This document shows positions 26,030 through 40,277 of a stretch of 64,000 bases of DNA, one piece after another; the stretch's first letter is position 1, and every line of letters begins with the position of its first letter. The notes beneath the pieces were generated by a model. The model did no database searches, had not been told where the DNA came from, and saw nothing but the letters and a program-made list of their open reading frames with translations. The stretch comes from Mobula hypostoma (Eukaryota), in the NCBI RefSeq assembly GCF_963921235.1, contig NC_086097.1, positions 183,956,001-184,020,000 of the forward strand, written 5' to 3'. Made by a program: the position numbers and the translations under genes.

Positions 26030-26450
26030 TGAAGGAGTGATTGGTGATGAGGATTCTGCGCTGTGACTAACAGTCATACCCAGCTTTTAGAAAATGCCAT
26101 GTAGACTGGTTTACCTGTAATGGGCCCTTTTATATTTTTTTCCTCTTAATAACTGTTTGAGAAAACTGAAATTAGCAGATATACTTTCTTTATAACTTTA
26201 TGGGATGCACGATCTGTTATTTCTTGCTGACTGATAATTGTGTGTGGGCAGTATTTACACAACGTTCGCTCAATTCGAGGTTTCTTTAATTGGAACATCA
26301 TGACGCTCCTGTCTGGTGGAACCCTAAATCATACTGACACTAGACGTATGCTATTTGTGAAAGGTGGCCTTCTCACTGCTGATTCCCGTGGCTGTTAACA
26401 GAGCCGGCTAACAAGCCAAGTTTGCACAAGAGTCCGGTAAGGGGGTTACA
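26030..26450. repeat. Possible LTR fragment
   Basis: Non-coding block ending in ...gggggttaca, typical of LTR ends; no partner LTR in the window. Confidence 0.35.
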
Positions 26451-26459
26451 CTAGTATAC

Positions 26460-27050
26460 CCAATATATGAATGTGTAAGTATAACTTAGCCCCTCCTTTT
26501 ATACACACCTCCCACCATCTTCTGCATTTTATATAAATGCCTTTCTTTCTTTTCCTTATCCCAAATTCATTATCACAGTGATTGAATAAAATTTTTAATT
26601 ATGGTTTTCACCTCCCTTTGAGGAAAGTCTGCCACCTTATTTCTTTCAAGCCCAACATGGACAGGGACACGCAAGAAATGTGTACTCCAGCCTGGAGACT
26701 GCAGCCGCAATGGATGTTGTCCAATCTCTAGAAGAATGTTTGGCCTACAATTTGAAATACCCGTGTTAGTATATGTCAAAAGCAGGAAGAAATCAGGACA
26801 CAGAAATAATTCTTTGACCCATTCCAAAGCAAAAATTTTAGCAACCACCTTAATGGTGACTACTGGTGCTTCATCTGATAAGTTTTCTTAATCGTCATCT
26901 GAAATTTTGGAACATAAACCGCAACACCTGTACAATGTGTCACTGGATTTTTTGAACTATATGGGTAGATATGTAAGACACTATAATATCTACCTTCCAT
27001 ATATTTTTGAATATTCTGTGCCACTGATATACAAATATGCTTCATCTTGA
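26460..27050 (-). mobile_element. Decayed Nimb/I-clade LINE, RNase H region
   Basis: ORFs 26860..27045 (HIYPYSSKNPVTHCTGVAVYVP) and 26573..26848 (ALEWVKE...RVPVHVGLERNKVAD) are degenerate versions of the RNase H in 56915..58684. Confidence 0.7.
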
Positions 27051-27502
27051 TCTTTTCATGAAGGTTTAGATGACCACTCTGCTTGATGCTAACTTTTTTT
27101 TATTGGATATCGTCAATTAGTTAATTACCCAATAGTTATTCACTAACAATTCACAGCAGTCTCTTTTACTAGAACGAAGATAGTCCAGAAACTCACCTCT
27201 TTATATGGGTCCCGTGTCACGCTACTAGTCATTCACTTCTCGCTCCTATTAGTTGTGAATGATTCAGCCTTGCCTCTAACCCTCACATGTCAGCTTTTGT
27301 CACCATTGATGATGATAATTTCCCAGAATCTCCTCTTTCTGTTAGCCTTTGAATTAGTCAAAATAATTATGACAAGAATTTTGATTTAGTCCATTGGTTA
27401 TGAAATATCTTTGTCTTTTATCTGCTGTTTTTTTATGCATTGTATCATGTGGCCCAATTTTGCCACTTTATCAGGTTGGCTTCTCAATCTTAGGCACCTT
27501 CA

Positions 27503-27667
27503 TACACTCACTTTATTAGGTACACCTGTACACTTGCTCATTAATGCAAATATCTAATTAGCCAATCATGTGGCAGCAACTCAATGCATAAAAGCATGCA
27601 GACATGGTCAAGGTTTAGTTGCTGTTCAGACCAAACATCAGAATGGGGAAAGAAATGTGATCCAAGT
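27503..27667 (+). mobile_element. Tc1-type DNA transposon left end
   Basis: cactttattaggtacacctgta TIR-like start and an ATG GGG AAA...TGT GAT transposase-start-like sequence; recognised by recall of similar fish elements. Confidence 0.65.
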
Positions 27668-27832
27668 CAGTGTTCCCCCACCTCCGGGCTGCGGACTGAC
27701 ACGTTGACGCGAAGAATGCAGTGGTGCAGCAGTAGCCGGAATGCACCCAGCACTTCTTTAAGAGAAAAGCCAAATTAATTAGGTGCTGCCCGACATGTAA
27801 ATGTCGGCCCAGATCAGAGGCGATTGCTGCAA
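27668..27832 (+). mobile_element. hAT (Charlie-like) terminal fragment
   Basis: Starts cagtgttccccca, a typical hAT TIR, and truncates the Tc1 fragment; the other end is not seen. Confidence 0.5.
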
Positions 27833-28719
27833 CATGCTATAAAAGTCAGCTTATCCTTTAATTGTGTGTGGATATAATCCCTCTCTGTCTCACAAAGACA
27901 TGGTGCAACATGATCTAATCTCCAGGCATGGATCCCTGTATGTGGGATCCGCTTCCTCCTCCGCATATTCTTTCTCTTAGCAGTAGCATTCTGTGTAATC
28001 TCTTTCCATTTCCCTACTATTCTCCAACAAATTAATTTAACAAAATATTTTAAAATTAACCAGAGTATGTCACACATCATCTAAAAATGAACTGAAGTTG
28101 CCTACCTAGACTGCTCAATCAACTCTTTCAAAACTTTTGAACTCCATTGTCTAGGAGGACAAGGTGGACTAAGCTCTATAAGTAACAAAAGCAGTCTTAA
28201 GTCAGAAGGGAAAATACAAAAGACTCATCTTTTTTCATATCTGTAAGTTAACACTATGTGACAAGCCCTGTGGATATGCTTGTGAGGCTGTAAGCATCAG
28301 GACTGCCTATCATGCCTCCAGCAATGAACTACATATTTAGGACCATGCCAATATGCTTTATTTAGAAAAAACAATTGTAGATGAATAACCTAGCATGAGG
28401 CTAATATCATTCAGCAAAGGAGAAGGATAATAAAGATAGTTGCAGAAGGAAAAATACAAGAATAAACACAAATTTGTTTAAAGAATTATAGTCAGATAAA
28501 TATCAACTAATGAATGGAGATGCACAACTCTTTAAGAGATGGACCCTCTTGAATTAATTGAAGATGATTCATTGATTATGAGGGAGGTTGAAGTCTGGTG
28601 GCTAGCAGTGATGTCTGTATGTTGGTTGGTGTCCCATATAGAATGTCATTCATCTTTTTTTCCAGGGTCTCCATAGTGGATGTTGTGTTGAAAGGTTTGG
28701 TGGATTTAACAAAGTTGAA

Positions 28720-29605
28720 TAATGGTATGTATAGGGTGATTGTGGACTGATAGTAGACTTCAGAAGGAACACACACTATTTCTCATTGAGGGGTCAGTGG
28801 TGGAAAGAATGAGCAGCTATAAGTTCCTAGTTGTTGGCATTGGATCTATCCTGGACCCAACACGTTGATGAAATCTGAAGGAAGCACACAAACAGCTCTA
28901 ATTCATTAGGTATTTGAGAAGATTTGTTATGTGACCAAAGATTCTTGCAAATTTCTAAAGTTCAAAGTACATTTATTATCAAGGTATGTATGCAGTATAC
29001 AACCCCGACATTTGTCTTCCCACAGACAGCCGCAAAACTAAGAAACATCATGGAACCACTTTAAAGAAAACATCAGACGCCCAACATACAAAGCAAAGGA
29101 CAAATCATACAAACAGCAAAAAATGAGTGAAAAACACAGAATATAAAACATCAAACCACAGAGTAATTGAAACAGTCTAGGAATGTTCAGTTTAGTTCAG
29201 CTCAGTTAAGTTTAGATGTGCAGTGTAGAACATGCTGACTGGTGTCACTGCAGCTTTGTATGGAGGATCTAACAATTTGTATGAAAAGTTGTGGACTTAG
29301 CATAACCCTCTCAAACATTCAAGAGATGGTGCCTCAAGAAGGCAGCATCTATCACTGAGGGCTCCCTGCCTTCCTCCAACTTGCTACTGCCATCAGGGAG
29401 AAGGTATGGGAGCCTGAAGACCCATTGTCAATGATTCAGAAAAAGCTTCTTCCCGTCCACCGTCAGATTTCTGGGAAGGGTTCATAAATCCATAAGCACT
29501 AACTTGTTAATCCTTTCTTCACTATTAGATTTATGTTTTTGTGTTGTCCTGCTGCCTTAGAACAACAAATTTCATCTCATATAAGACAGTAATAATAAAC
29601 TGGAT
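28720..29605 (+). mobile_element. Decayed Rex1/Babar-type 3' end with an inverted insertion at ~28960-29215
   Basis: Nucleotide similarity to 22510-23250 (ccatcagggagaaggtatgggagcctgaagaccc; taataataaac). Confidence 0.7.
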
Positions 29606-30571
29606 ACATCTTCATACCTTGCCAGTTGTGATCGCCCACCTGATGGAAGCCAAAGCCAAATGATTAGTCGGAGAACTAAGCAAGTGCAGTGTACAGACCT
29701 GAGATGCATGGTCACAAACTTATTTGCACTGATTACCTCCATGCTGTGCTACTGTATGTGGTGCTAAAGTCTGATGGCATTTGGGATAAGAAATCTGCAC
29801 CCTGTGTGGATTCTGCCAGCTTGTAAAGAAGATTGCTGTGCATATCATCTTCATTCATTTCTTCAGATGGTATCTGTACATCAACAAACTCTCAAGTAAT
29901 TTGTGTTCACTTCATTTTATAGCTGCTGGTGACTTAATAAGATGCTTGGTTCCCCCTTAACACTTGCACATTGGAAGAGAAATATCTCTTGCTGGCATTG
30001 GGCTGTATTTGTCTTGTCTGGCTTGAAGACTAAATCAGGGCTGAAGACACTGGATCTGGGTAAAATTAGCCACGTATAGGCTGTAGGTCCCATATCTAGA
30101 TTGAAGATACCATGTCAGAACTGAAGTTGATATGCCTGGAAATAGTAGGGTGTATTTGCAATGAAATCACTCAAGAGTCTTCGCTAAAGTCAAGGATAGA
30201 GGAAATGGTGATTGTAGAAAATTTTATGTCTTTAACAGCTGATGCATTTTGAAAGATTTAAGAAAATGTATAATGTGCATAGGATTTTAGTCAGAAACTA
30301 TGGTGTCAATAACTATCTGACTATTTTAAGTGCAATGTTTTCTGTAGAATTGCATAGCTGGAGATTTTTATGTGGTATATTTTCATGACACAAGCCTTGT
30401 GGTTCTACACTGTGCAAACCTCATAGTAGCACTTAATGACCCTAATGTCTCATAGCATACAGAATGCAGTCAAAATGTCTTGTCACTGTGATCACATGAT
30501 GGAAGTAGTTGGAAAAAATCAATTGATTTATTTTTTAAAAAGTATTAATTGTTGCAGAATACACCTTACGG

Positions 30572-30880
30572 TGCTACCTGGACACACCTTCAGTGATGAA
30601 CCTGGGGTCATAGGGTATTTTGAGTCTTTAATCATCAGACAACCTCGACCGGCCAACCCAGCTGGGGGTGATCAGCCCCCGACTTGTGTCCAAGTGGTGC
30701 ACTAATCCACGGATCACCCCACGGATCCACAGCAACCGCGAAGCCTTTTCAGCAGCCTCCAGAATGTTCTTGGTGGCTCTTCTGCACTGCAGTCCTTTAA
30801 CTCTAAGGAGTTTTAGAGTCCGCTGTAATGAATGGCCAGCAAAGCCCCGACACCCAACTTCGAATGGCTCACGAAGTGTG
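30572..30880 (-). mobile_element. Second HERO-like LINE 3' end (divergent family)
   Basis: The minus strand translates as PFEVGCRGFAGHSLQRTL...ILEAAEKASRLLWI; the 3' UTR is homologous to 20185-20305. Confidence 0.85.
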
Positions 30881-31167
30881 CTAATGTATCAATATCCAAT
30901 AATCTACTCAAATGAAGAAAAGTGAACAAAAAAATTCCTTAAACTTATCTTCTTGAAGTAAAATCAGCAGCTTCATTCAAGGTCATGGGACAGAGGAACA
31001 GGTTAGGTGGGCATGTGAATGATTTCCAGTATATTTCCAGCTTTCATGATGCTGCGCACAGTAGTGAATATCTACAATGCACTGACTGCTGGTGTATCCC
31101 ATTCTAATGACTTAATGCCCTTTCCCCTTACTTGCTGAATATGAGCTGATGTATATTTGTATATTTT

Positions 31168-34100
31168 AATAGAAAACATACAGCTCAATACAGGCCCTTC
31201 GGCCTACAAAGCTGTGCCAAACATGTCCCTACCTTAGAACTACCTAGGCTTTACCCATAGCCCTCTATTCTTCTAAGCTCTATGTACCTATCCAGGAGTC
31301 TCTTAAAAGACCTATCATTCCGACCTCCACCACTGCTGCTGGCAGCCCATTCCACGCACTCAGCACTCTCTGCGTAAAAAACTTACCGCAACATCTTCTC
31401 TGTACCTGCTTCCAAGCACCTTAAAACTGTGCCCTCTCATGCTAACCATTTCAGCCCTGGGGAAAAGTCTCTGACTAGCCACACGATCAATGCCTCTCAT
31501 TATCTTGTACACCTCTTTCAAGTCACCTCTCATCCTCTGTCGCTCCAAGGAGAAAAAGCCGAGTTCACTCAACCTGTTCTCATAAGGCATGCTCCCCAAT
31601 CCAGGTAACATCCTTGTAAATCTCCTCTGCACGCTTTCTATGGCTTCCACGTTCTTCCTATAGTGAGGCAACCAGAATTGAGCACAAAACTCCAAGTGGG
31701 GTCTGACCAGGGTCTTATATAGCCGCAGCGTTACCTCTCGGCTCTTAAACTCAATCCCATGATTGATGAAGGCCAATGCACCGTATGCCTTCTTAACCAC
31801 AGAGTCAACCTGCGTAGCAGCTTTGAGTGTCCTATGGACTCAGACTCCAAGATCTCTCCGATCCTCCACACTGCCAAGAGTCTTACCATTAATACTATAT
31901 TCTGCCATCATATTTGACCTACCAAAATGAACCACCTCACACTTATCTGGGTTGAACTCCATCTGCCACTTCTCAGCCCAGTTTTGCATCCTATCAGTAT
32001 TCCATTGTAACCTCTGACAGCCCTCCACACTATCCACAATACACCCAAACTTTGTTTCATCAGCAAATTTACTAACCCATCCCTCCACTTCCTCATCCAG
32101 GTCAGTTATAAAAATCACAAAGAATAGCGGTCCCAGAACAGATCCCTGAGGCACACCACTGGTCACCGGCCTCCATGCAGAATATGACCCGTCTACAACC
32201 ACTCTTTGCCTTCTGTGGGCAAGCCAGTTCTGGATCCATAGAGCAATGTCCCCTTGGATCTCATGCCTCCTTACTTTCTCAATCAGCCTTGCATGGGGTA
32301 CCTTATCAAATGCCTTGCTGAAATCCATATACACTACATCTACAGCTCTGCCTTCATCAATGTGCTTAGTTACATCCTCAAAAAATTCAATCAGGCTTGT
32401 AAGGCATGACGTGCCTTTGACAAAGCCATGTTGACTATTCCTAACCATGTTATGCCTCTCCAAATGTTCATTAATCCTGCTTCTCAGGATCTTCTCCATC
32501 AACTTACCAACCACTGAAGTAAGGCTCACTGGCCTATGATTTCCTGGGCTATCCTTACTCCCTTTCTTGAATAAGGGAACAACATCCGCAACCCTCCAAT
32601 CCTCCGGAACCTCTCCCATCCTTATTGATGATGCAAAGATCTTTGCCAAAGGCTCAGCAATCTCCTCCCTTGCTTCCCACAGTAGCCTCGGGTACATCCT
32701 GTCCGGTCCCAGTGACTTATCCAATTTGATGCTTTCCAAATGCTCCACCACATCCTCTTTCTTAATATCTACATTCTCAAGCTTTTCAGTCCACTGCAAG
32801 TCATCCCTACAACCACCAAGATCCTTTTCCATAGTGAATACTGAAGCAAAGTATTCATTAAGTACCTCTGCTATTTCCTCAGATTCCATACACACTTTCC
32901 CATTGTCATACTTGATTGGTCCTATTCGCTCATGTCTTATCCTCTTGCTCTTCATATACTTGTAGAATGCCTTGGGATTTTCCTTAATCCTGTCCACCAA
33001 GGCCTTCTCATGGCCCCTTCTGGCCCTCCTAATTTCATTCTTAAGCTCCTTTCTGCTAGCCTTATAATCTTCTAGTTCATATCAATACCTAGTTTTTTGA
33101 ACCTTTCATAAGCTATTCTTTTCTTCTTGACTAGATTTACAACAGCCTTTGTACACCACAGATCTCGTACCCTACCGTCCTTACCATGTCTCATTGGAAT
33201 GTACCAACTCAGAACCCCACACAAATATCCCCTGAACATTTGCCACATTTCTTCCATATGTTTCCCTGAGAACATCTGCTTCCAATTTTTGCTTCCAAGT
33301 TCCTGCCTGATAGCCTCATAGTTCCCCTTACTCCAATTAAACCTTTTCCTAACTGGTCTGTTCCTATCCCTCTCCAATGTTATGGTAAAGGAGATAGAAT
33401 TGTAATCACCATCTCCAAAATGCTCTCCCACTGAGAGACCTGACGCCTGACCAGGTTAATTTCCCAATACCAGATCAAGTACAGCCTCTCCTCTTGTTGG
33501 CTTATCTACATATTTTGTCAAGAAACCTTCTGGAACACACCTTACAAACTCCATGCCATCGAAACCCCTTGCTCTAGGGAGATGGCAATCAATATTTGGG
33601 AAATTAAAATCTCCCACCATAACAACCCCGTTTTTATTACTCCTTTCCAGAATCTGTCCCCCTATCTGCTCCTCGATGTCCCTGTTACTATTGGGTTGTC
33701 TATAAAAAACACCCAGTACAGTTATTGACCCCTTCCTATTCCTAACTTCCACCCACAGAGACTCCGCAGACAATCCCTCCATGACTTCTTCCTTTTCTGC
33801 AGCCATGACACTATCTCTGACCAACAATGCCATGCCTCACCTCTTTTCCCTCCCTCCCTCCCCATCCTTTCTGAAACATCTAAAGCCTGGCACTTGAAGT
33901 AGCCATTCCTGCCCCTGCACCATCCAGGTCTTTGTAATGTCCACAACATCATAGCTCCAAGTACTGATCCACGCTCTGAGCTCATCTGCTTTATTCATGA
34001 TACTCCTCGCATTAAAATAGACACATCTCAAACCATCAGACTGAGCACATCCCTTCTCTATCACCTGCCTATACTTCCTTTTTGCACTGCCTCCAAACTT

Positions 34101-35210
34101 ACTCTATTTGTGAGCCAACCTCCCTTTCCTCTGTCACTTCAGTTCAGTTCCCACCCCCCCGCAATTCTAGTTTAAACTCTCTCCAATAGCCTTATCAAAC
34201 TTTCCCTGCCAGGATATCGGTCCCCCTCGGATTCAAGTGCAATCCGTCCTTTTTGTACAGGTCACACCTGCCCCAGAAGAGGTCCCAATGATCCAGAAAT
34301 CTGAATCCCTGCCCCCTGCTCCAATCCCTCAGTCACGCATTTATCCTCCAGCTCATTCTATTCCTATACGCACTGTCACGTGGCACAGGCAGTAATCCCG
34401 AGATGACTACCTTTAAGGTCCTTCTTCTCAACTTCTTTCCTTACTCCCTGAAGTCTTTTATCAGGACTTCCTCCCTTTTCCTACCCATGTCATTGGTACC
34501 AATATGTACCACGACCTCTGGCTGTTCTCCTTCCTACTTCAAGATATCGTGAACGTGATCGGAAACATCCTGGACCCTGGCACCTGGGAGGCAAACTACC
34601 ATCCACGTATCTCTCCTGCGTCCACAAAATCGCCTATCTGACCCCCTAACTATAGAGTCCCCTATCACTGTTGCCATCCTCTTCCTTTCCCTACCCATCT
34701 GAGCCAGATGTACCCTCTTGTACCTGCTTCTTGCCCTTCCCTCTCCTGACAGTTACCCACTTCTCTGTCTGCTGTGATCCCGGGGTGACTACCTGCCTAT
34801 AGCTCCTCTCTATCACCTCCTCACTTTCCCTGACCAGGCGAAGGTCATTGAGGTGCATCTTCAGTTCCCTAATACGTTCTCTAAGGAGCTGCAGCTTGAC
34901 ATACCTGGTGCAGATGTGGTTGTCCAGGAGGCCGGGAGTCTGTAGGACTTCACAAATCTGACACCAAGCACTGAAAACCAGCCTCACACACATACTCTCT
35001 GTCTTTATTTTAAACAGATAACCTACCTGGCCTCGACCCTTTATCACCAAAGCCCCATTGAGCCAAAGCCTTCCTACTCTGACACCTGCTCTGAACATCT
35101 GTCTTCCTTTTAAACTCTTCCTGCTGTTGTACCTGGCCAATCTCCACACGCCTGCGCAGTCGTGCCCCGTTCAAACTGCCAAAGAAATAACCATCACCTT
35201 TTCAACTCGG
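31168..35210 (-). mobile_element. Near full-length CR1 (5' UTR, ORF1 zinc finger/coiled coil/esterase, ORF2 APE-RT, 3' UTR), mildly disrupted
   Basis: ORF1 N-terminus in 34691..35149; esterase motifs (CLPGARVQD, VHIGTND) at ~34480-34660; EN in 33837..34064 and 33456..33833; RT in 31840..33000 and 31360..31800; tail at ~31170. Confidence 0.95.
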
Positions 35211-36431
35211 CACCTTCTCTATTTTTTCTAATATTCTTTCAAGTCATGTGGGCTTTGCAGGCTGAGCCAGGATTTAATTGTCTATCCCTCACTGCCCTTA
35301 AGTTGAGGGTGGCAAGCTGCATTTCTTGAGTGTTGTACTCATTCAGGTGTGTTACTAAGGAAAGAGTTCCAGGATTTTGATTCAGCACCAGTGAAGGAAT
35401 AACAATATACTTCCAAGTTAGAATGGTGGCTTGTAGGGCAACTTCCAGGTGGTGGGGTTTTGTATGTTCCTAACCATATTGATGTCACTTACTTTGATTT
35501 TTTTTATGAATAAAAGACTTGCCTGTACATTCACAATTGTCCACTGATCTACTCTGCAATGCAACACTTTGGTTTATATTCATGTTTCTTGCATGTGTGT
35601 GCTTTTACTTCATTCTCAGTTGTGAAGCAGCTCAGGTTATGGGAATTCTACATGAAAGCAGAAACTCCTGAAAATGTATCTGTGGAGGAGGAATATGTGC
35701 TTAAGGTTGCTTTTTTTTTCAGAACTAAACTTTATTCATAAAACTATATACTGCAAATAAAATACAGTCAGTACATTTTCATCTTTATATTCATAGAATC
35801 AAGTCAATATATTCATTTTGCCATCAAACAATATTTACAATCCACGAAAGCCATTCCTATTTCCTCTTTCAATAATACACCCAAGATCAGTGACCATTCA
35901 CCTTATCTGAGCTATCACTTAACACGTACTTTGTGTTTGTAACTATTTTCTAGTGTAAGACAGTCCCTTCAAGGTCATGCTGGTTTTTCGGATATAACCT
36001 GCAGAGAGGTACTAGGATGGAATTAACTTTTAGAAATAAATACTCAGAACTATATTTTAATGGCAGAACATATGAGTTAGCTATTAAAATTAATGACATA
36101 CAAAGGTTAGAGCAGTGAGTAAATTTTAGCTCTTTATACTAATTTGAAGATTATATCTGCTTATAAACATACACTTATGATTAAAAGGGATGAACAAAAG
36201 CAAAATGGACACATGGTTAAATTTTATTTTGAGGCATTTGTAATAACATCCTTTATTTTAAAGGTGATTTTTTTCAGTGATGGAGATATGCAATTGAGTT
36301 TGGAGAGAAGGAAATGCTTAGAGCATCATTTTTTTTTACAGGAACATATGCCATCAGCACTTTTATTGCCAGTATCACTACTTTCTACATGTTGCCTGGG
36401 GACCTTATTCACTCTACATTTGGGAGTGGTT

Positions 36432-37050
36432 ATAGAATCACAAATTCATAGAGCAATACAAAATGAATACAGGCCTTTCAGCCCCACAAGGCCATGACAA
36501 CCATGGTGCCCACCCAGCTAGTCCTAATGTCCTCTGTTTAGCATATATCCCTCTAAATTCTGTTCCTCCATCCACCTATACAATTGCTTCTTAAATGATT
36601 CTGTTGTACCTTCTTCAAACATTTCTTCTGGCAGGTCATTCCATGTATTTACCCCTGTCTGTGTGAAAAGTTTGCCCCTCAGTTCCTTTTTAAATCTTTC
36701 CCCTCTCATCCAAAATTTATGTCCCCGAGATTTAGTCTCCCCTACTCTCGAGGAAAAATGGTAACGATCCACTTTATCTATGCCTCTCATAATTGTAAAG
36801 ATTTCTATAAGGTTGCCCCTCGTTCTCCTACTCCCTATAACTCAGACTCTTTAGGACTGGAAATATCCTTGTAAATCTTCTCTATACTATTCCCAGTTTA
36901 GCCACATTGTTCCTATAACAGGGTGACCAAAATGGTACGCAGTAATACAAGTGCAGCCTCACTGATACAACAGCTATATTAAGTCTCAACTCCTCTACTC
37001 AGTGCTCTGACTGATGAAGGCCAGTGTGCTAAATGACATTTGCTCATTTC
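36432..37050 (-). mobile_element. CR1 3' fragment
   Basis: ORF 36524..36790 (MRGIDKVD...SRGHK...FTQ...WNDLPEE). Confidence 0.88.
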
Positions 37051-39038
37051 TAAATGAGTAAAAGCTTAACAAAATTTCTCTCATTTCCATAGATATCTTG
37101 GCTTTGGAAAGGGAAACATATGGGTGACTTTTGTCCCAATTTGATACTTGTACACCATCTGTAAGTTCATTCCACAGTATAAAATGCTTCAACTAAGTTC
37201 TACATATAAAGTAACAAAGTTTCTGGCAGCTGAAGTTAAACACTCTCCTTTTCCGCAATCAATTTCTGTCAAGAAGAAATAAATGAGGCAAAGTTTATCT
37301 AAGGAAAAACAAATGTTGAGAGAATAACAGGAATTCTTTGCCCTCTCTCTCCTGGTTTATAGCACAGCTCTGCATCTTTTCAACTCATCAAAACAGGGAA
37401 GAAACTCTTAGAGAATTTGGTCTGCCTTGTGTAAAGATGTTGTATCTGTGTGCAATGTGACATGGGTTCAATTCTGTTTGCCATTTATCTGCTTATACTC
37501 TCAGATCTCTTGACTGTAGTAATCACATCCCACACACATTCTGACAGCAACCATGCCTCCAACTAGCTTCCAGAGACACAGGCGAGCCTGCAGAAAGATG
37601 TCAATGTTCCAAAAGTGCAGATGGCTTGCTTTAATTAACCCTTTGAGGCTTAGTGAGCCATTTTTAGATTATGCTAATATTTGTAAGGTATAAGTTCCTG
37701 ATTTATTAAAGAAATGAAAAGCAATGGCAAATATTTTTAATCTTACTCAGACCTTGTCTCTATTGCAGTAACATAGATCATTGTAACATCACAATAATTT
37801 CTTGTGGATATTGTATCACTTCTTTGTACTTTCAGAATATTTAACAAAATTCAACAAAATGTTTATCTGCAGTGTGCAACAACTTAAATAATTATTCAAG
37901 GGTAGAAGTATATGTAATAACTGTTCAACACGTTTTTACTGCACTTTTGCTCAAATCCTTTATTCATGGTGCTGATGAACTGGATTTATCTTTCACATAC
38001 ATCCTAGTGTTTAGTTCTGATTGCCTACAGTGATTGTGAGCAAACTGATGATTTTCTTATGCCCTTAATAGAAATCATTTAGATTTTGCTCACAGAAATA
38101 GAATTTTGTAAAAATGTGTCACTCTATTTCTTCACACAGCTTACTGTGATTAAGAATTACATAAATAGTGAATAAGTCATTATTTTAAGGTTGTGATAAT
38201 TATATTGAACTAATTTAAGCGAAAGATGTCAAATATCACCAGGTTAATAAATGAGCATAGTCAATTAGAAATTATCTACTGACTTTCCAGCAAATCTTTG
38301 TTAAGATACCACATAAGATACTCCTATCTACCACATAGATAGATGAGGTCTAATTCAAGGCAATTTGCTATGGTAGCCAAAGAAATGGCTAAATGTGCAT
38401 TGACAATAAATGAGTTTCTTCTCTCTAATCCTCTTACTATATTGAACTTCCCTAAGGTGCTTCAATGAAGGACGCATGTTTGTTAACCAAGAGGTGGAAT
38501 TGGAGAATCAGTCTATATGCTGTTGGGCATTGGGCGCCTTTGCTGAAAATGTGTCATCCTGGGAACCAAAATTAACCACAGTTTCTTTTTCCTTCCATAA
38601 CCAACTACCTTCTTAAATCTGTTCTTTTCATTTCACCTCAACAAAACGAATGAAGTTTTCATCGGGTTCTTTAGTTTCAGGACTGAGATTATTCATTCAG
38701 TTGCCTCTACTCACTACCCAGCTTTCTCTTGCTTTTCAGCTGAACTCTTCAGCACCACGCCAGTAGAATGCGACTGAAACCAAGTTGCTCCAAAAGCCCT
38801 CTTCATTGGAAATGTCCTGTGCAGCACCCTAAATCCAAGGGAAGGAGTCACCTTGAGAATGGCAGTGCCACGTGGTATTTGATAGAAGTAATTGCAGTTT
38901 TAATTTGGAATTGACATGGACAAATCAGATGAAGAACAGCAGACAACAGGAATTCTGCAGATGCTGGAAATTCAAGCAACACACATAAAAGTTGCTGGTG
39001 AATGCAGCAGGCCAGGCAGCATCTCTAGGAAGAGGTGT

Positions 39039-39074
39039 AGTTGACGTTTCAGGCCGAGATCCTTCGTCAGGACT
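39039..39074 (-). ncRNA. Minimal hammerhead ribozyme motif, mirror copy (one stem I mismatch)
   Basis: Reverse complement reads AGUC-CUGACGA-AGG-aucucgg-CCU-GAAA-CG-UC-AACU. Confidence 0.68.
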
Positions 39075-39370
39075 AACTGAAGGAAGAGTGAGTAAGGGAT
39101 TTGAAAGTTGGAGGGGGAGGGGGAGATCCAAAATGATAGGAGAAGACAGGAGGGGGAGAGATGGAGCCAAGAGCTGGACAGGTGATTGGCAAAAGGGATA
39201 CGAGAAGATCATGTGACAGGAGGTCCGGGAAGAAAGACAAGGGTGGGGGGGGGACACAGAGGATGGGCAAGGGGTATATTCAGAGGGACAGTGGGAGAAA
39301 AAGGACAGTGAGAGAAAGAATGTGTGTATAAAAATAAGTAACAGATGGGGTACGAGGGGAAGGTGGGGCA

Positions 39371-39706
39371 TTAGCGGAAGTTAAAGAAGTCGATGTTCAT
39401 GCCATCAGGTTGGAGGCTACCCAGACGGAATATAAGGTGTTGTTCCTCCAACCCGAGTGTGGCTTCATCTTTACAGTAGAGGAGGCCGTGGATAGACATG
39501 TCAGAATGGGAATGGGATGTGGAATTAAAATGTGTGGCCACTGGGAGATCCTGCTTTCTCTGGCGGACGGAGCGTAGGTGTTCAGCAAAGCGGTCTCCCA
39601 GTCTGCGTCGGGTCTCGCCAATATATAAAAGGCCACATCGGGAGCACCGGATGCAGTATATCACCCCAGCCGACTCACAGGTGAAGAGTTGCCTCACCTG
39701 GAAGGG
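39371..39706 (-). CDS. Penelope GIY-YIG endonuclease domain (partial, C-terminal end of the element ORF)
   Basis: FTCESAGVIYCIRCSRCGLLYIGETRRRLGDRFAEH...PVATHFN...EEQHLIFRLGSLQPDGMN. Confidence 0.88.
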   Translation of the reverse strand, partial: PFQVRQLFTCESAGVIYCIRCSRCGLLYIGETRRRLGDRFAEHLRSVRQRKQDLPVATHFNSTSHSHSDMSIHGLLYCKDEATLGLEEQHLIFRLGSLQPDGMNIDFFNFR

Positions 39707-40277
39707 ACGCTCCCGATGTGACCTTATATATATTGGCGAGACCCGACGCAGACTGGGAGACCGCTTTGCTGAACACCTACGCTCTGTCCGCCAGAGAAAG
39801 CAGGATCTCCCAGTGGCCACACATTTTAATTCCACATCCCATTCCCATTCTGACATGTCTATCCACGGCCTCCTCTACTGTAAAGATGAAGCCACACTCA
39901 GGTTGGAGGAACAACACCTTATATTCCGTCTGAGTAGCCTCCAACCTGATGGCATGAACATCGACTTCTCTAACTTCCGCTAATGCCCCACCTCCCCCTC
40001 GTACCCCATCTGTTACTTATTTTTATACACACATTCTTTCTCTCACTGTCCTTTTTCTCCTTCTGTCCCTCTGAATACACCCCTTGCCCATCTTCTGGGT
40101 CCCCCCCACCCCTGTCTTTCTTCCTGGACCTCCTGTCACATGATCCTCTCGTATCCCTTTTGCCAATCACCTGTCCAGCTCTTGGCTCCATCCCTCCCCC
40201 TCCTGTCTTCTCCTATCATTTTGCATCTCCCCCTCCCCCTCCAACTTTCAAATCCCTTACTCACTCTTCCTTCAGTT

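Larger units (their letters stand above)
22311..26030 (-). mobile_element. Old CR1 (3' end through endonuclease region) with several insertions
   Basis: CR1 motifs in ORFs 23359..23553, 24641..25216, 25321..25635 (GDFNF) and 25689..25961 (YFNARSI). Confidence 0.8.

Noticed and set aside
38740..38874. Plus-strand exon after the strong acceptor gctttctcttgcttttcag
   Set aside because: All three frames hit early stops and the donor is weak; it could only be non-coding, and nothing else supports it.
39498..39983. Mirror 161-aa ORFs on both strands (39498..39983 + and 39371..39856 -) as a novel gene pair
   Set aside because: They result from the palindrome; their N-termini are antisense read-through of the opposite arm.
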